Below are positions 9,091-17,566 of a stretch of 64,000 nt of DNA, piece by piece. Numbering within the stretch: the stretch's first letter is position 1; each line of letters opens with the position of its first letter. A model generated the notes under the pieces. It ran no database searches. It had not been told where the DNA came from and worked only from the letters and a program-made list of their open reading frames with translations. Both the position numbers and the translations under genes were made by a program. The DNA comes from a bacterium (GTDB lineage: Bacteria > Bacillota > Clostridia > Oscillospirales > Oscillospiraceae): assembly GCA_029009095.1 (NCBI GenBank), contig JAQXJT010000014.1, positions 2,247 through 66,246 on the forward strand, read 5' to 3'.

Positions 9091-9758
9091 ACCGTCACCT
9101 CCGAGAGATGTCCGTCGTGGATGTGGACGATGCGTTTGGCCTGACGGGCTATGTCGTTGTCGTGGGTGATAAGCACGATGGTGTTGCCCTGATCGTGCAG
9201 TTCCCGGAACATGTCCATGATCTCCCTGCCGGTCTTCGAGTCCAGGTTGCCCGTGGGCTCGTCGGCCAGGATCAGAGAGGGGCGCGTCACCAGCGCCCGG
9301 GCGATGGCCACCCGCTGCTGCTGCCCGCCGGAGAGCTCCGTGGGCAGGTGCCTGGCCCGGCGGCTCAGCCCCACACGCTCCAGCGCCTCGCTCACCCGCT
9401 GCTGCCGCTCGGCGCGGCCCACCTTCTGGTAGATCAGCGGCAGCTCCACATTCTCCTCGGCGGAGAGCTTGGCAATGAGATTGAAGTTCTGGAACACGAA
9501 ACCGATCTTCCGGTTTCGCACCAGGGCCAGGGCGTTTTCGGAATAGGACTCGATGGGGATGCCGTCCAGCAGGTAGGTGCCCCCGTCGGCCACATCCAGA
9601 CAGCCGATGATGTTCATCAGCGTGGACTTGCCGCTGCCCGAGGGGCCGATGATGCTGACAAATTCGTGGGGGGCGATGTGAAGGCTGGCGTGGTCCAGCG
9701 CCCGCACCCGCTCTTCGCCCACCTGATAGATCTTCGATACGTCGCGCAGTTCGATCAT
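9087..9758 (-). CDS. ABC transporter ATP-binding protein (MacB/LolD type)
   Basis: Walker [10 protein letters not shown], signature [14 protein letters not shown], Walker [13 protein letters not shown]. Confidence 0.92.
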   Translation of the reverse strand: MIELRDVSKIYQVGEERVRALDHASLHIAPHEFVSIIGPSGSGKSTLMNIIGCLDVADGGTYLLDGIPIESYSENALALVRNRKIGFVFQNFNLIAKLSAEENVELPLIYQKVGRAERQQRVSEALERVGLSRRARHLPTELSGGQQQRVAIARALVTRPSLILADEPTGNLDSKTGREIMDMFRELHDQGNTIVLITHDNDIARQAKRIVHIHDGHLSEVTV

Positions 9759-9759
9759 G

Positions 9760-11433
9760 TCATCCCCTCATTCCGCCGCCCTGGGGCCGCTGTCCGCCCG
9801 GGGCCATACCCTGGGGCGCCTCGCCCATACGTGCGGCGTTTCCCCCGGAGCCCATCATCATGAAGAAGTCGAAGCTCTCCTTTTCCGTATAGTAGACCGT
9901 GTCCCCCTCCTTCAGTCCGGAGGTGATCTCCACAAAGTCGTCGTCGGCCACGCCCGCCGTGACCTCCACCATGCCTCCGTACTGTCCCGTGGCCTCGTCG
10001 TAAGAGGTATAGACATAGGCGCTGCTGCTGGTGCGGTGCAGGGCGTCCACGGGGATGAGGACGGCGTTGTCCACGCCCTCGATGCGGATGGACACGTCGG
10101 CGGTCATGCCCGGGAGCATCCCCTCCTGCCTGGGCAGCGTGACGGTGGCGGAGTAGAGCGTCACGCCGGAGGAGGAGACGGCCACCCGGCTGATCTCCGT
10201 GACCTCGCCCTCCACGGTGTCCTCGCCTACGGAGGCCACAGACACCGCGGCGCTCTGTCCCGTTTTCAGCGAGAGGATGTCGCTCTCGTCCACACTGAGC
10301 GTCACGCAGACCTTCTCGTCGGGGGCCAGCGTGAACACGGCCGTCTCGTCGGGGGTCGCGGCGGTGTAGGACGCGGCGGCGCCGCTCTCGGCGGTATAGT
10401 CCAGAGAGAGCACGGTACCGTCAAAGGGCGCCGTAAAAGTGCCGGTACGCATCATGGCGATCAGCTCCATCTGCCGCGCCTCGGCCTCCTGCCGACTCTG
10501 GATCAGGGCGTCGTAGTTGGCGCTGCTCTGCGTGTCGCTCAGGGTGAACAGCGTGCTCCAGGCGTAGACCTTCTGGTTTTCCCGGGCGTAGACGGCGTTC
10601 ACCGTGCCGGCGTAGCCGGTGACGGAGAGGGGGCTGTGAATCTCCAGCGTGCCGCTGCCCAGCTCCCCGCCGTCCGTTGAGAGCACCGTGGCCCGCTCCC
10701 CCCAGACAGGGCCGTTGTCCGTGAGGGTGACGCGGCTCTTGCCGCCCACGCTGCTCTCCACCCGGCCTTCATACTCTTTCCCGTCGCCGCAGCGGACGGT
10801 GACGCTCTCCCCGGCAGGGAGGGCGAGCTCCACTTCCAGCACCATGCTCCCATCCAGCGAGAGCACGCACAGCGCGCCGTATTCGCTCATGCAGTCCACC
10901 ACATCCATGCCGCTCTCCGCGCAGATCCGCTTGACGCGCCCGGCCACGCCCGCGTTCACATAGGCGCTCACCCTGTCGCTGCCGGCGGTGTTGATGGAGT
11001 CGTCGAGCTGCTTGATCTCGTCCCGGGTGTCCGAGAGCGCCGTCATGACGCTGCTCATTTTCACCGTGGCCAGGGCGTCCCCGGCTTTTACGCTGTCGCC
11101 CGCGCTCACCACGATCTCCCCCAACTCCACGCCGTAGGGCACGGTGAGCTGCCGCTCGTCCACGCTCTCCAGCACGCCGCTGCCGGAGACGGTGGTGCTG
11201 ACGCTGCCGCGGCTGGCGGCGTAGCTCTGCACCTGGGGCGCGCTGGCGGCGAGGTTCTCCTCCACCTGTCTGCGCAGCGCCCGCATCCCCAGGGCGACGG
11301 CCCCCACCACCGCCAGCAGTATGATCAGCGCCACCCGGATCGTCCTGCGGCGCTTTCTCTTCTTTTCGGCGTTGAGCTTCTCGAAAAGCTCCTCGTCCCC
11401 GCCGTTCTGTATGTTTTTCACTTCTTCGCTCAT
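9760..11433 (-). CDS. HlyD/MacA-family membrane-fusion (adaptor) protein, paralog 1
   Basis: Start moved to the internal ATG (MSEEVKNIQ). TM anchor. GDSVKAGDALATV lipoyl-like motif. LPGMTADVSIRIEGVDNAVLIPVDAL beta-barrel motif. Confidence 0.75.
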   Translation of the reverse strand: MSEEVKNIQNGGDEELFEKLNAEKKRKRRRTIRVALIILLAVVGAVALGMRALRRQVEENLAASAPQVQSYAASRGSVSTTVSGSGVLESVDERQLTVPYGVELGEIVVSAGDSVKAGDALATVKMSSVMTALSDTRDEIKQLDDSINTAGSDRVSAYVNAGVAGRVKRICAESGMDVVDCMSEYGALCVLSLDGSMVLEVELALPAGESVTVRCGDGKEYEGRVESSVGGKSRVTLTDNGPVWGERATVLSTDGGELGSGTLEIHSPLSVTGYAGTVNAVYARENQKVYAWSTLFTLSDTQSSANYDALIQSRQEAEARQMELIAMMRTGTFTAPFDGTVLSLDYTAESGAAASYTAATPDETAVFTLAPDEKVCVTLSVDESDILSLKTGQSAAVSVASVGEDTVEGEVTEISRVAVSSSGVTLYSATVTLPRQEGMLPGMTADVSIRIEGVDNAVLIPVDALHRTSSSAYVYTSYDEATGQYGGMVEVTAGVADDDFVEITSGLKEGDTVYYTEKESFDFFMMMGSGGNAARMGEAPQGMAPGGQRPQGGGMRG

Positions 11434-11543
11434 GGATCGCACCCCTTGCCGTAATTTGGGTCTCAGCATACCATTTTTCCGGGAATCATACCTGAACGGT
11501 TTTTCACTAAATTGTAAACAAACAAAATTTTTCGTTCAAAAAT

Positions 11544-11573
11544 AAGCTGTCCTCCCGTACGGGAGGACAGCTT
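11544..11573. terminator. bidirectional rho-independent terminator
   Basis: aagctgtcctccc-gtac-gggaggacagctt flanked by an A-run and a T-run. Confidence 0.7.
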
Positions 11574-11591
11574 ATTTTTGCCCTTCGGCCG

Positions 11592-12200
11592 CTATTTCAC
11601 CCGGTGCTCGCCCCGGCTGGCCCGGCGAAGGCCGATCTCTGTGCCGTCGCGGAGACGGCGGATGTTTTCCCGGTGCTTCCAGAGGATGGGCAGCGTGCCC
11701 ATGCACAAAATCAGCGCCGAGCAGAGTCCGAAGCGCCAGAAAGCGTAGAGCGGCGCAGAGAAAACGGTGGTAAAGGTGGCCACCACGATGTAGTCCGTCA
11801 GGAATGTCAGTATGGCGCACAGCACCATCAGCACAGCCGCCGCCCGCCAGTCCAGCGCCAGCAGCATGCCCAGATAGGACGCGAAGCCCTTTCCGCCCCG
11901 GAAGGCGAAGAACACCGGAAACATATGCCCCAGCACGCAGGCAATGCCGGCCAGCTCCCCCACGTGGGCGGCGGGGAAGAAGCGCCGGGCCAGCAGCACC
12001 GCCGCGACGGCCTTGAGGATATCGTGGGCGGCCACGGCCACCCCCGCGCCCCAGCCCATGGACACCATGGCGTTGGACGCGCCGGGGTTGCCCGAGCCGG
12101 TCTTTCTCAGATCGAAGCCCCGGGCCCGGGACAGATAGAGTGCCAGATTGGAGCAGCCCAGCAGATAGCCCAGTATGGCGGCGCAGAAATAAGAGAGCAT
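11592..12200 (-). CDS. plsY: glycerol-3-phosphate acyltransferase PlsY
   Basis: Internal start MLSYFCAAILGYLLG after a GGGAGGAAAG RBS. Signature GSGNPGASNA. Multi-TM. Confidence 0.9.
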   Translation of the reverse strand: MLSYFCAAILGYLLGCSNLALYLSRARGFDLRKTGSGNPGASNAMVSMGWGAGVAVAAHDILKAVAAVLLARRFFPAAHVGELAGIACVLGHMFPVFFAFRGGKGFASYLGMLLALDWRAAAVLMVLCAILTFLTDYIVVATFTTVFSAPLYAFWRFGLCSALILCMGTLPILWKHRENIRRLRDGTEIGLRRASRGEHRVK

Positions 12201-12240
12201 GGAACTTTCCTCCCTTTTCCGACGAATTGCACTCCCCGGG

Positions 12241-12269
12241 ATTGTACCACGGCTTATCCCCGCGCGCAA
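12241..12269 (-). promoter_or_regulatory. candidate sigma-A promoter for plsY
   Basis: Minus strand TTGCGC-17 nt-TACAAT with a TG extended -10 (tggTACAAT). Confidence 0.45.
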
Positions 12270-12284
12270 TCCCCATTCTTTGCC

Positions 12285-13070
12285 TCACATTCTGCCCGAG
12301 CCGCGGCCAAAGGCGCTGCGGTAGGCCCGCTCCGTGGCGCTGTCCCACACGCCGCTGATCTTCACCCTGTAGCCCAGGGCCGCCAGGTAATGCTGGGCCA
12401 GCAGCGGGGTCAGGGCCGCTACCTGGGCGCTGTTGTATCTCTTGCCGGCCGCCGCCAGGCCCATGGCCACCTTGGGATTTTTCATCTCCCAGGCCTCCCG
12501 CATTTTCCCGATCTCCTCTTCGCTGTAGCCCAGGCGCGTATAGCCGGAGAAATCCCCCGCCGCAGCCAGGGTGGCGGCGTCCTTCTGCATCTCGCTGCGG
12601 CGGAGTTTGGCGGCGGAGACGAGCTGATTACGGTAATTCTCCCCGGCGGCGGCGTTGGCCTTGTCCGCGGCGGCGCGGTAGTCGCTCTCCGCCTGGGCCC
12701 CCCGGGCGCGGAGGGCGGCCACGTCGCCGCTCTTCCTGCTCTCCAGCTCGCCCACGCTCTTCTCATAACCACTGCGCAGCGCGATGTGTCCGCTCTCGCT
12801 CAGCCCCCCGGTGTAGCCCGCGGCGGCCATTTTCTCATCCATGTGGATTTGGGCGTCCCGGTAGCCCCGGTAAAGCTCCCGGTTTTTCTCCCGGTACTCC
12901 CGGTTGATCGCGTTGATCTTCTCTCCGATCTCCCGGAGAGTCTTTTCCGTGGAGGCGGCGGCGGAGGCGTTGTTCTCCTCCACCTGCCGCTCATAGACGG
13001 ATTTATAGTGTTTCTCCAGTTCCTCCCAGTAGCCGATATCGTTGCCCCGGGCTGCCTCTTTATATGTCAT
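12285..13070 (-). CDS. phage-associated protein with a C-terminal peptidoglycan-binding-like domain
   Basis: Overlaps the portal stop by 11 nt. Coiled-coil-rich. C-terminus LLAQHYLAALGYRVKISGVWDSATERAYRSAFG resembles the PG_binding_1 pattern. Confidence 0.5.
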   Translation of the reverse strand: MTYKEAARGNDIGYWEELEKHYKSVYERQVEENNASAAASTEKTLREIGEKINAINREYREKNRELYRGYRDAQIHMDEKMAAAGYTGGLSESGHIALRSGYEKSVGELESRKSGDVAALRARGAQAESDYRAAADKANAAAGENYRNQLVSAAKLRRSEMQKDAATLAAAGDFSGYTRLGYSEEEIGKMREAWEMKNPKVAMGLAAAGKRYNSAQVAALTPLLAQHYLAALGYRVKISGVWDSATERAYRSAFGRGSGRM

Positions 13071-14820
13071 GGATCTCCTCCGTTTCTCCCCTCTCCGCCG
13101 CCTCCGCGGGCGGCGCGGCCTCCGCGAAGCGGCGGCTCCAATCCTCGATGATCTCCTGCCTGCCCGGCAGATTGAGCAGATCCAGCTGCGCGGCGAAGAG
13201 CTTCCAGTTTTCCGCCGTGACGCTGCTGCCCGAGAGCCGCTCCAACGTCTCCAGCGTGGCCTGTTTGCCCTGCATCACGCTGTCCACGGCGGTGATGCTC
13301 ACATCCACCCGGGGGAAATAGCGCCATCTCTCCTCCCCGCTGCCCACGGTTCTGGCGCAGCAGTCAGCGTTGAAGACAAAGCTCACCTTCTCCCGGCCCT
13401 GCTCCTCGTCCGCGCCCAGATAGATCATCCGGTCCTCATCGTAGAACTCCAGCGCCAGACAGTCCAGCAGCTCGTAGAGCCGCTCGAATCCCCGGTTGCG
13501 GTCGGCCCGTTTGATGTCCGCCTGGCTCTCCGCGTCGCTGCGCAGCATGGCCAGGCCGCTGGCCGTGTCCGTGCGCCGGGTCTCCTTGCCGCGGCTGGTC
13601 TCGTAGTTCCGGGTGGAGCGCTCGATCTCGTCTTTGTACCACTCCAGCCCCACCGCCGCGTTGGCCATGCTCTGTATGCCGCCCAGACGGCGCACGGCGT
13701 TGATGCGGTTGGGCTTTACGTGGATGACGGCGCCGGGTTCGTTGGTGAACTGCTGCCCCTCGCTCAGCGCCCCCTCCTCGGCGAGAATGATGTCGTTGGA
13801 GAGCAGCGCGTCCCCGAGCACGCCCATGCTCAGCTTCCTGTCCGCCGCGTCCACCAGATCGAGTACCGGGAAAAGCTCGCTCTTGTTCCAGATCTGGTTT
13901 TCGTCCTGCACCCGCCAGTAGTGCACGAATGGGAAGAGCTTGCACTGCCGGTGCGTGCGCCGCCAGTAGTCGGGGATGTACCTGAGTTCCCTGCCCCCGG
14001 CCTGTATGCTGCACGCCACGCTCCCCGCCGGAACAAACCGTCCGTCCTCCTCCGTGTCCGCCGGCTGGCGGAACCAGTGCTCCAGGATCTGCACCGTATC
14101 GTCCGTCTCGCAAAGGGCGTCATCCATGGCGAAGAGTTCCCCCCGCCCCCCGTCCCGGCCCGTCAGCTCCTCCGCCGCCGCGTCCGCCTCTGCCAGCGTC
14201 TCCCCGAACATCTGCACAAAGCGCACCTTGTGCACCCGGTAGACGTAGTCGAGATACTGCCCGTCCTGAATGGTGCCGTCCCGCACGGCAGGGTCGGGGT
14301 AGACGGCGTCCACCGGCACATCCCGAATGCGGATGTCCCCCTCCTCCGCGCCGCAGGGCATCTCCGCGTCCCAGTAGGCCTTCCAGAAGGCGTCGCCGTA
14401 CTTCAGCAGCCTCCGCTCGTTGCGGGTGTTCATGTCCGCGAGACGGTTGTTCTCGCAGATGTAGCGCACCACATACTCCCGCTCCCGGGCGCAGCCGTCG
14501 TCCCCCTCGCTGTCCCGGCCCCGAAAGAGGGGCTGGGGCACATGGGGATCCACCTGGCTCTCCACGATGATCCAGGGGTCGGGCACCACCGCTGTGCAGA
14601 GGTTCTCCCCCTCCTCCGCGCTCCGCGCAAGCAGCGCCGTGGTGTCGTGGATAAAGTTGTAGTAGTCGTTGTACCGCGTCCACTCCTGCTCCACGGCGCT
14701 TCTTGCGCTCCTGGCTCTGGCAAAGAGCGCGCTTACCGTTTCCTCCCGCGCCTCCCGGGTGGAGTAGTCGTAGCCCGTCACCACGCTCTCCGCCGCGGCG
14801 CTCTTTCTTCTCTTTTTCAT
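13060..14820 (-). CDS. phage portal protein (putative)
   Basis: 586 aa. Lies downstream of terL in the same orientation, with ATGA start/stop coupling. Size and position fit a portal. No single diagnostic motif read. Confidence 0.65.
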   Translation of the reverse strand: MKKRRKSAAAESVVTGYDYSTREAREETVSALFARARSARSAVEQEWTRYNDYYNFIHDTTALLARSAEEGENLCTAVVPDPWIIVESQVDPHVPQPLFRGRDSEGDDGCAREREYVVRYICENNRLADMNTRNERRLLKYGDAFWKAYWDAEMPCGAEEGDIRIRDVPVDAVYPDPAVRDGTIQDGQYLDYVYRVHKVRFVQMFGETLAEADAAAEELTGRDGGRGELFAMDDALCETDDTVQILEHWFRQPADTEEDGRFVPAGSVACSIQAGGRELRYIPDYWRRTHRQCKLFPFVHYWRVQDENQIWNKSELFPVLDLVDAADRKLSMGVLGDALLSNDIILAEEGALSEGQQFTNEPGAVIHVKPNRINAVRRLGGIQSMANAAVGLEWYKDEIERSTRNYETSRGKETRRTDTASGLAMLRSDAESQADIKRADRNRGFERLYELLDCLALEFYDEDRMIYLGADEEQGREKVSFVFNADCCARTVGSGEERWRYFPRVDVSITAVDSVMQGKQATLETLERLSGSSVTAENWKLFAAQLDLLNLPGRQEIIEDWSRRFAEAAPPAEAAERGETEEIHDI

Positions 14821-15491
14821 CCCACGCCTCCCGTGATCACCCAGTTATTTGTCGCCACCTTTTTGAGCCCTACCACCGTGTAGCGCTCCGCAAGCGCGAT
14901 CTCCGTCACCGAACCGAGACTCTGGTGCAGCAGCGCCACCCCCGAGGCTGCCTTCAGCGTGCACGCCGAGCCGGAGTAGCGGATGATCTCGATCTCTGTC
15001 CCCGTCGGAAAGGCCACGGCGGCGTTGGCCGGTACCGTGATGCTCACCGCTCCGCTCTGGATGAGGACGCACTTCCCCTCGTGGCTCAGCGTCAGCGTGG
15101 TGTCCGCGCTCACGCTCACCATGGCGGCGGAGGCCTGCTCGGCCTTCACCTTTCCTCCCTCCAGCGCCGCCGCGCCCATCTGCTCCAGCGTGATGGGGGC
15201 GCTGCCGTCAAAGTCCGCCCCGCCGATCTTTCGCTTTGCTGCCAGCTTCGTGGCCGTGGCCGCGTTGCCCGTCAGTGTCGCCCTGATGGTCTCCGGCAGC
15301 TTCAGCACCACGTCTCCCCCGCCGTCGAAGGTGGCGGCAGGCCCTGCGTTGCTCTGGCTGTTGTCCTTGACGGTAAAGCTGCGCCCCGTCTCCAGCTTCG
15401 TGGCCGTTTCCGCGTTGCCCTGGCATACGAGGGCCGTGTCCGCCTCGTCCACGCGCCCGTCGTTGTCTTTGTCGTATGCGCTCTTGAGCAT
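14817..15491 (-). CDS. small tail-fibre-repeat protein
   Basis: Internal start MLKSAYDKDNDGRVDEAD. Two copies of the phage tail-fibre repeat (ETATKLETGRSF...FDGGGDV and ATATKLAAKRKIGGADFDGSAPI). Confidence 0.6.
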   Translation of the reverse strand: MLKSAYDKDNDGRVDEADTALVCQGNAETATKLETGRSFTVKDNSQSNAGPAATFDGGGDVVLKLPETIRATLTGNAATATKLAAKRKIGGADFDGSAPITLEQMGAAALEGGKVKAEQASAAMVSVSADTTLTLSHEGKCVLIQSGAVSITVPANAAVAFPTGTEIEIIRYSGSACTLKAASGVALLHQSLGSVTEIALAERYTVVGLKKVATNNWVITGGVG

Positions 15492-15501
15492 ATGTTTCTC
15501 C

Positions 15502-16857
15502 TTATCGAATTGGTTTTCTCCCCCGGCCCTTTTGGAGCCGGTCGATGAGTTTTGGTCTCGGGGATGGCGGCTTTTCCCCCTGCTCGGCGCCGATCCAGTA
15601 GACGCAGAAGCCCCGCAGCGCGTCCGGGGCATGGGTCAGCTCGTGGGGCTGCCGGGCGCAGTCGGAGGGACGGCGCTCGTCGTAGCGCAGCAGCGGCAGG
15701 GTGCGGATGAGATTGGGACAGGTGGAGAAGATGCGCAGCGCCGCCGTGGGGCGCCCGTTCCCGTCCTCCCTCACCCGCAGCCGCTCCCTCACGGCCATCC
15801 AGCCGCTCTGCCGGTCGTTGCCGGTTCTGGTCAGATAAAGCCCCTGCTCGGCGAAAATATCCGCCACGCTGCGCCCCGTCTCCTGCCGGCTGTTCCAGAG
15901 ATCCGGCGGCGCGAGGATCTCGTAGACGCTCTCCCCGGCCACGAGCTCTTTCAGCCGCTCCGCCGCCCGGGAGATGATCAGCCCCTCGTGCCCCTCGCCC
16001 AGATCCCGACCCTCGTAAAGCTCCCGGATCACCCAGGCCGTCCCCTCCCCGTCCACGGCGATCACATAGGCCGCCAGCATGTCCATGCCATAGTCCATGG
16101 TCACATACCGCCGCCAGCTCCCGCTGACCTCAAAGGGCTCGCAGACATGGACGGCGCGGTCCCACTCAGGAAAGAACTGCCCGGCGAACACGTCCCAGCT
16201 TCCGTGGAGCCAGGCCTCCCGCAGCTCGTGGGGGAGGCTCTCCAGCCTCTCCACATAGGCCCGGTCGGCCTCCATGAGCGCGGTGTTGTCGTAGACCTGC
16301 GCGGGGATGAAGCGGTACTCCTCCGCCCGCTCCCCCTCCCGGTAGCTCCGCTCGATGAAGAGCCGCTTCACCCAGGCGTGGCCCACCCCGCCGGGGTTGC
16401 AGGTGAGGTAGAGCCGCTTGGGAAAGTCGTTCACGCCCCGCAGGCAGCCCTTGAAGGTCTGGAACTGATACTCCGTCAGCTGGGTGGCCTCGTCGAGAAA
16501 GACGCAGTCGTACTCCTGCCCCTGGTAGCGCAGCACGTCGCTCTCCGCGTCGCAGTAGCCAAAGCGCAGCGCGCTGCCGTTGGGAAAGAGAAAGGAACGG
16601 TCCTTCTCCCGGTACTCCGCCGCCCCGGAGAGCAGCTGCCGCAGCGGGCGGATGTGGTTGTCCTCCAGCTCCGGCAGGGTGCGCCGGACGATCAGCAGCC
16701 GGATGCCCGGATAGCACAGCGCGAGGAGCGCCGCCTTCATCCTGACCGCCCAGCTCTTGCCCCCGCCCCGGGCGCCGCCGTAGGCCACATAGCGCTCCCG
16801 CGCCAGGAAGAAGCAGCGCTGCCGGGGGTTGGGATGGATCACCAGCTCAACGGGCAT
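15502..16857 (-). CDS. phage terminase large subunit
   Basis: Start at MPVELVIHPNP. Walker A GGARGGGKS, Walker B VFLDEA, and a C-terminal nuclease-like region. Confidence 0.85.
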   Translation of the reverse strand: MPVELVIHPNPRQRCFFLARERYVAYGGARGGGKSWAVRMKAALLALCYPGIRLLIVRRTLPELEDNHIRPLRQLLSGAAEYREKDRSFLFPNGSALRFGYCDAESDVLRYQGQEYDCVFLDEATQLTEYQFQTFKGCLRGVNDFPKRLYLTCNPGGVGHAWVKRLFIERSYREGERAEEYRFIPAQVYDNTALMEADRAYVERLESLPHELREAWLHGSWDVFAGQFFPEWDRAVHVCEPFEVSGSWRRYVTMDYGMDMLAAYVIAVDGEGTAWVIRELYEGRDLGEGHEGLIISRAAERLKELVAGESVYEILAPPDLWNSRQETGRSVADIFAEQGLYLTRTGNDRQSGWMAVRERLRVREDGNGRPTAALRIFSTCPNLIRTLPLLRYDERRPSDCARQPHELTHAPDALRGFCVYWIGAEQGEKPPSPRPKLIDRLQKGRGRKPIR

Positions 16858-17131
16858 ACTCCTCGTGCTCCCCGAAATCCACCCGGATCTCCCGGACGCT
16901 CTCCTCCGCCTTCTCGCCCACGCCCAGATACTTGCCGATCTCCGTGAGCGCCTTGATGGCGTTGGCCGCGTCAAAGGTGTAGCTGCCGTCCTCCTCCCAC
17001 TGCCGGGTGGACTTGTTGTAGACCATCCTGGGCGTGTTCTCCATGCACCTCTCGGCGATCTCCATGAGCCGCTGCTCCACCTGGGTGGGGGTAATGCGGC
17101 GGCGGCGCGCTTTTTTCCCCTTTTCTTCCAC
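16847..17131 (-). CDS. phage terminase small subunit (putative)
   Basis: 94 aa with a basic N-terminus (KKARRRR). Overlaps the terL start by 11 nt. Confidence 0.55.
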   Translation of the reverse strand: MEEKGKKARRRRITPTQVEQRLMEIAERCMENTPRMVYNKSTRQWEEDGSYTFDAANAIKALTEIGKYLGVGEKAEESVREIRVDFGEHEEYAR

Positions 17132-17410
17132 TCACTTCCCTCCTTTTCTCCCGCGGGGCAGATAGTAACTCACCTGGGGGATGTGGAGATGATCCGCCAC
17201 CGCCTTCTCGATGCGCGTCCTCTCATCCGTCCGCCATCCCTCGGGCAGAAAGATGGCGTCGCAGCGGCTCAGCAGCGCCAGCCGCCCCACCAGCTCCTCC
17301 CCCAGCGGCACACAGCTTTTCAGCTCCTCCGGTTCCACCCCCACATCCCCAAAGACTTCCTCCAGCATCTTCCGTCCCATGGGGACCCGCCCGGCCATGT
17401 ACACAGTCAT
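17132..17410 (-). CDS. DUF4406-like phage protein
   Basis: Start at MTVYMAG. C-terminal pattern CDAIFLPEGWRTDERTRIEKAVADHLHIP resembles DUF4406 / nucleoside deoxyribosyltransferase-like proteins. Confidence 0.45.
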   Translation of the reverse strand: MTVYMAGRVPMGRKMLEEVFGDVGVEPEELKSCVPLGEELVGRLALLSRCDAIFLPEGWRTDERTRIEKAVADHLHIPQVSYYLPRGRKGGK

Positions 17411-17433
17411 GTTCTCACCCCGCAATCCATAAT

Positions 17434-17503
17434 TTGTTGAGACAAGCGGGATTATACTACACATATTGTTGATTGTCAAGCATAAGTGTAAACAAATTGT
17501 TGA
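17434..17503. repeat. three TTGTTGA heptamers (candidate repressor operators)
   Basis: TTGTTGA at 17434-17440, 17466-17472 and 17497-17503, spaced 32 and 31 bp. They overlap or abut the two divergent promoters. Confidence 0.5.
17451..17479 (-). promoter_or_regulatory. consensus sigma-A promoter driving the phage packaging genes
   Basis: Minus strand TTGACA-17 nt-TATAAT (perfect consensus). Confidence 0.7.
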
Positions 17504-17528
17504 CTCTGAGGGGAAACTCGGCTATACT
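17500..17528 (+). promoter_or_regulatory. near-consensus sigma-A promoter for the repressor gene
   Basis: TTGACT-17 nt-TATACT, about 40 nt upstream of ATG 17567. Confidence 0.65.
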
Positions 17529-17566
17529 CTATCCAGAAAACACCGATCGAACGGGAGGCCATTGCC

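Noticed and set aside
7636-9144. 502-aa plus-strand ORF
   Set aside because: It is antisense to the well-supported FtsX/MacB permease and ATPase genes. Its His/Gly/Ala/Arg-rich low-complexity translation is typical of shadow ORFs in high-G+C DNA.
1-11465. Shared 10-mer tgggtctcag at 1-10 and 11456-11465
   Set aside because: It is a single short match with no extended similarity on either side, so it is most likely chance and not a repeat boundary.
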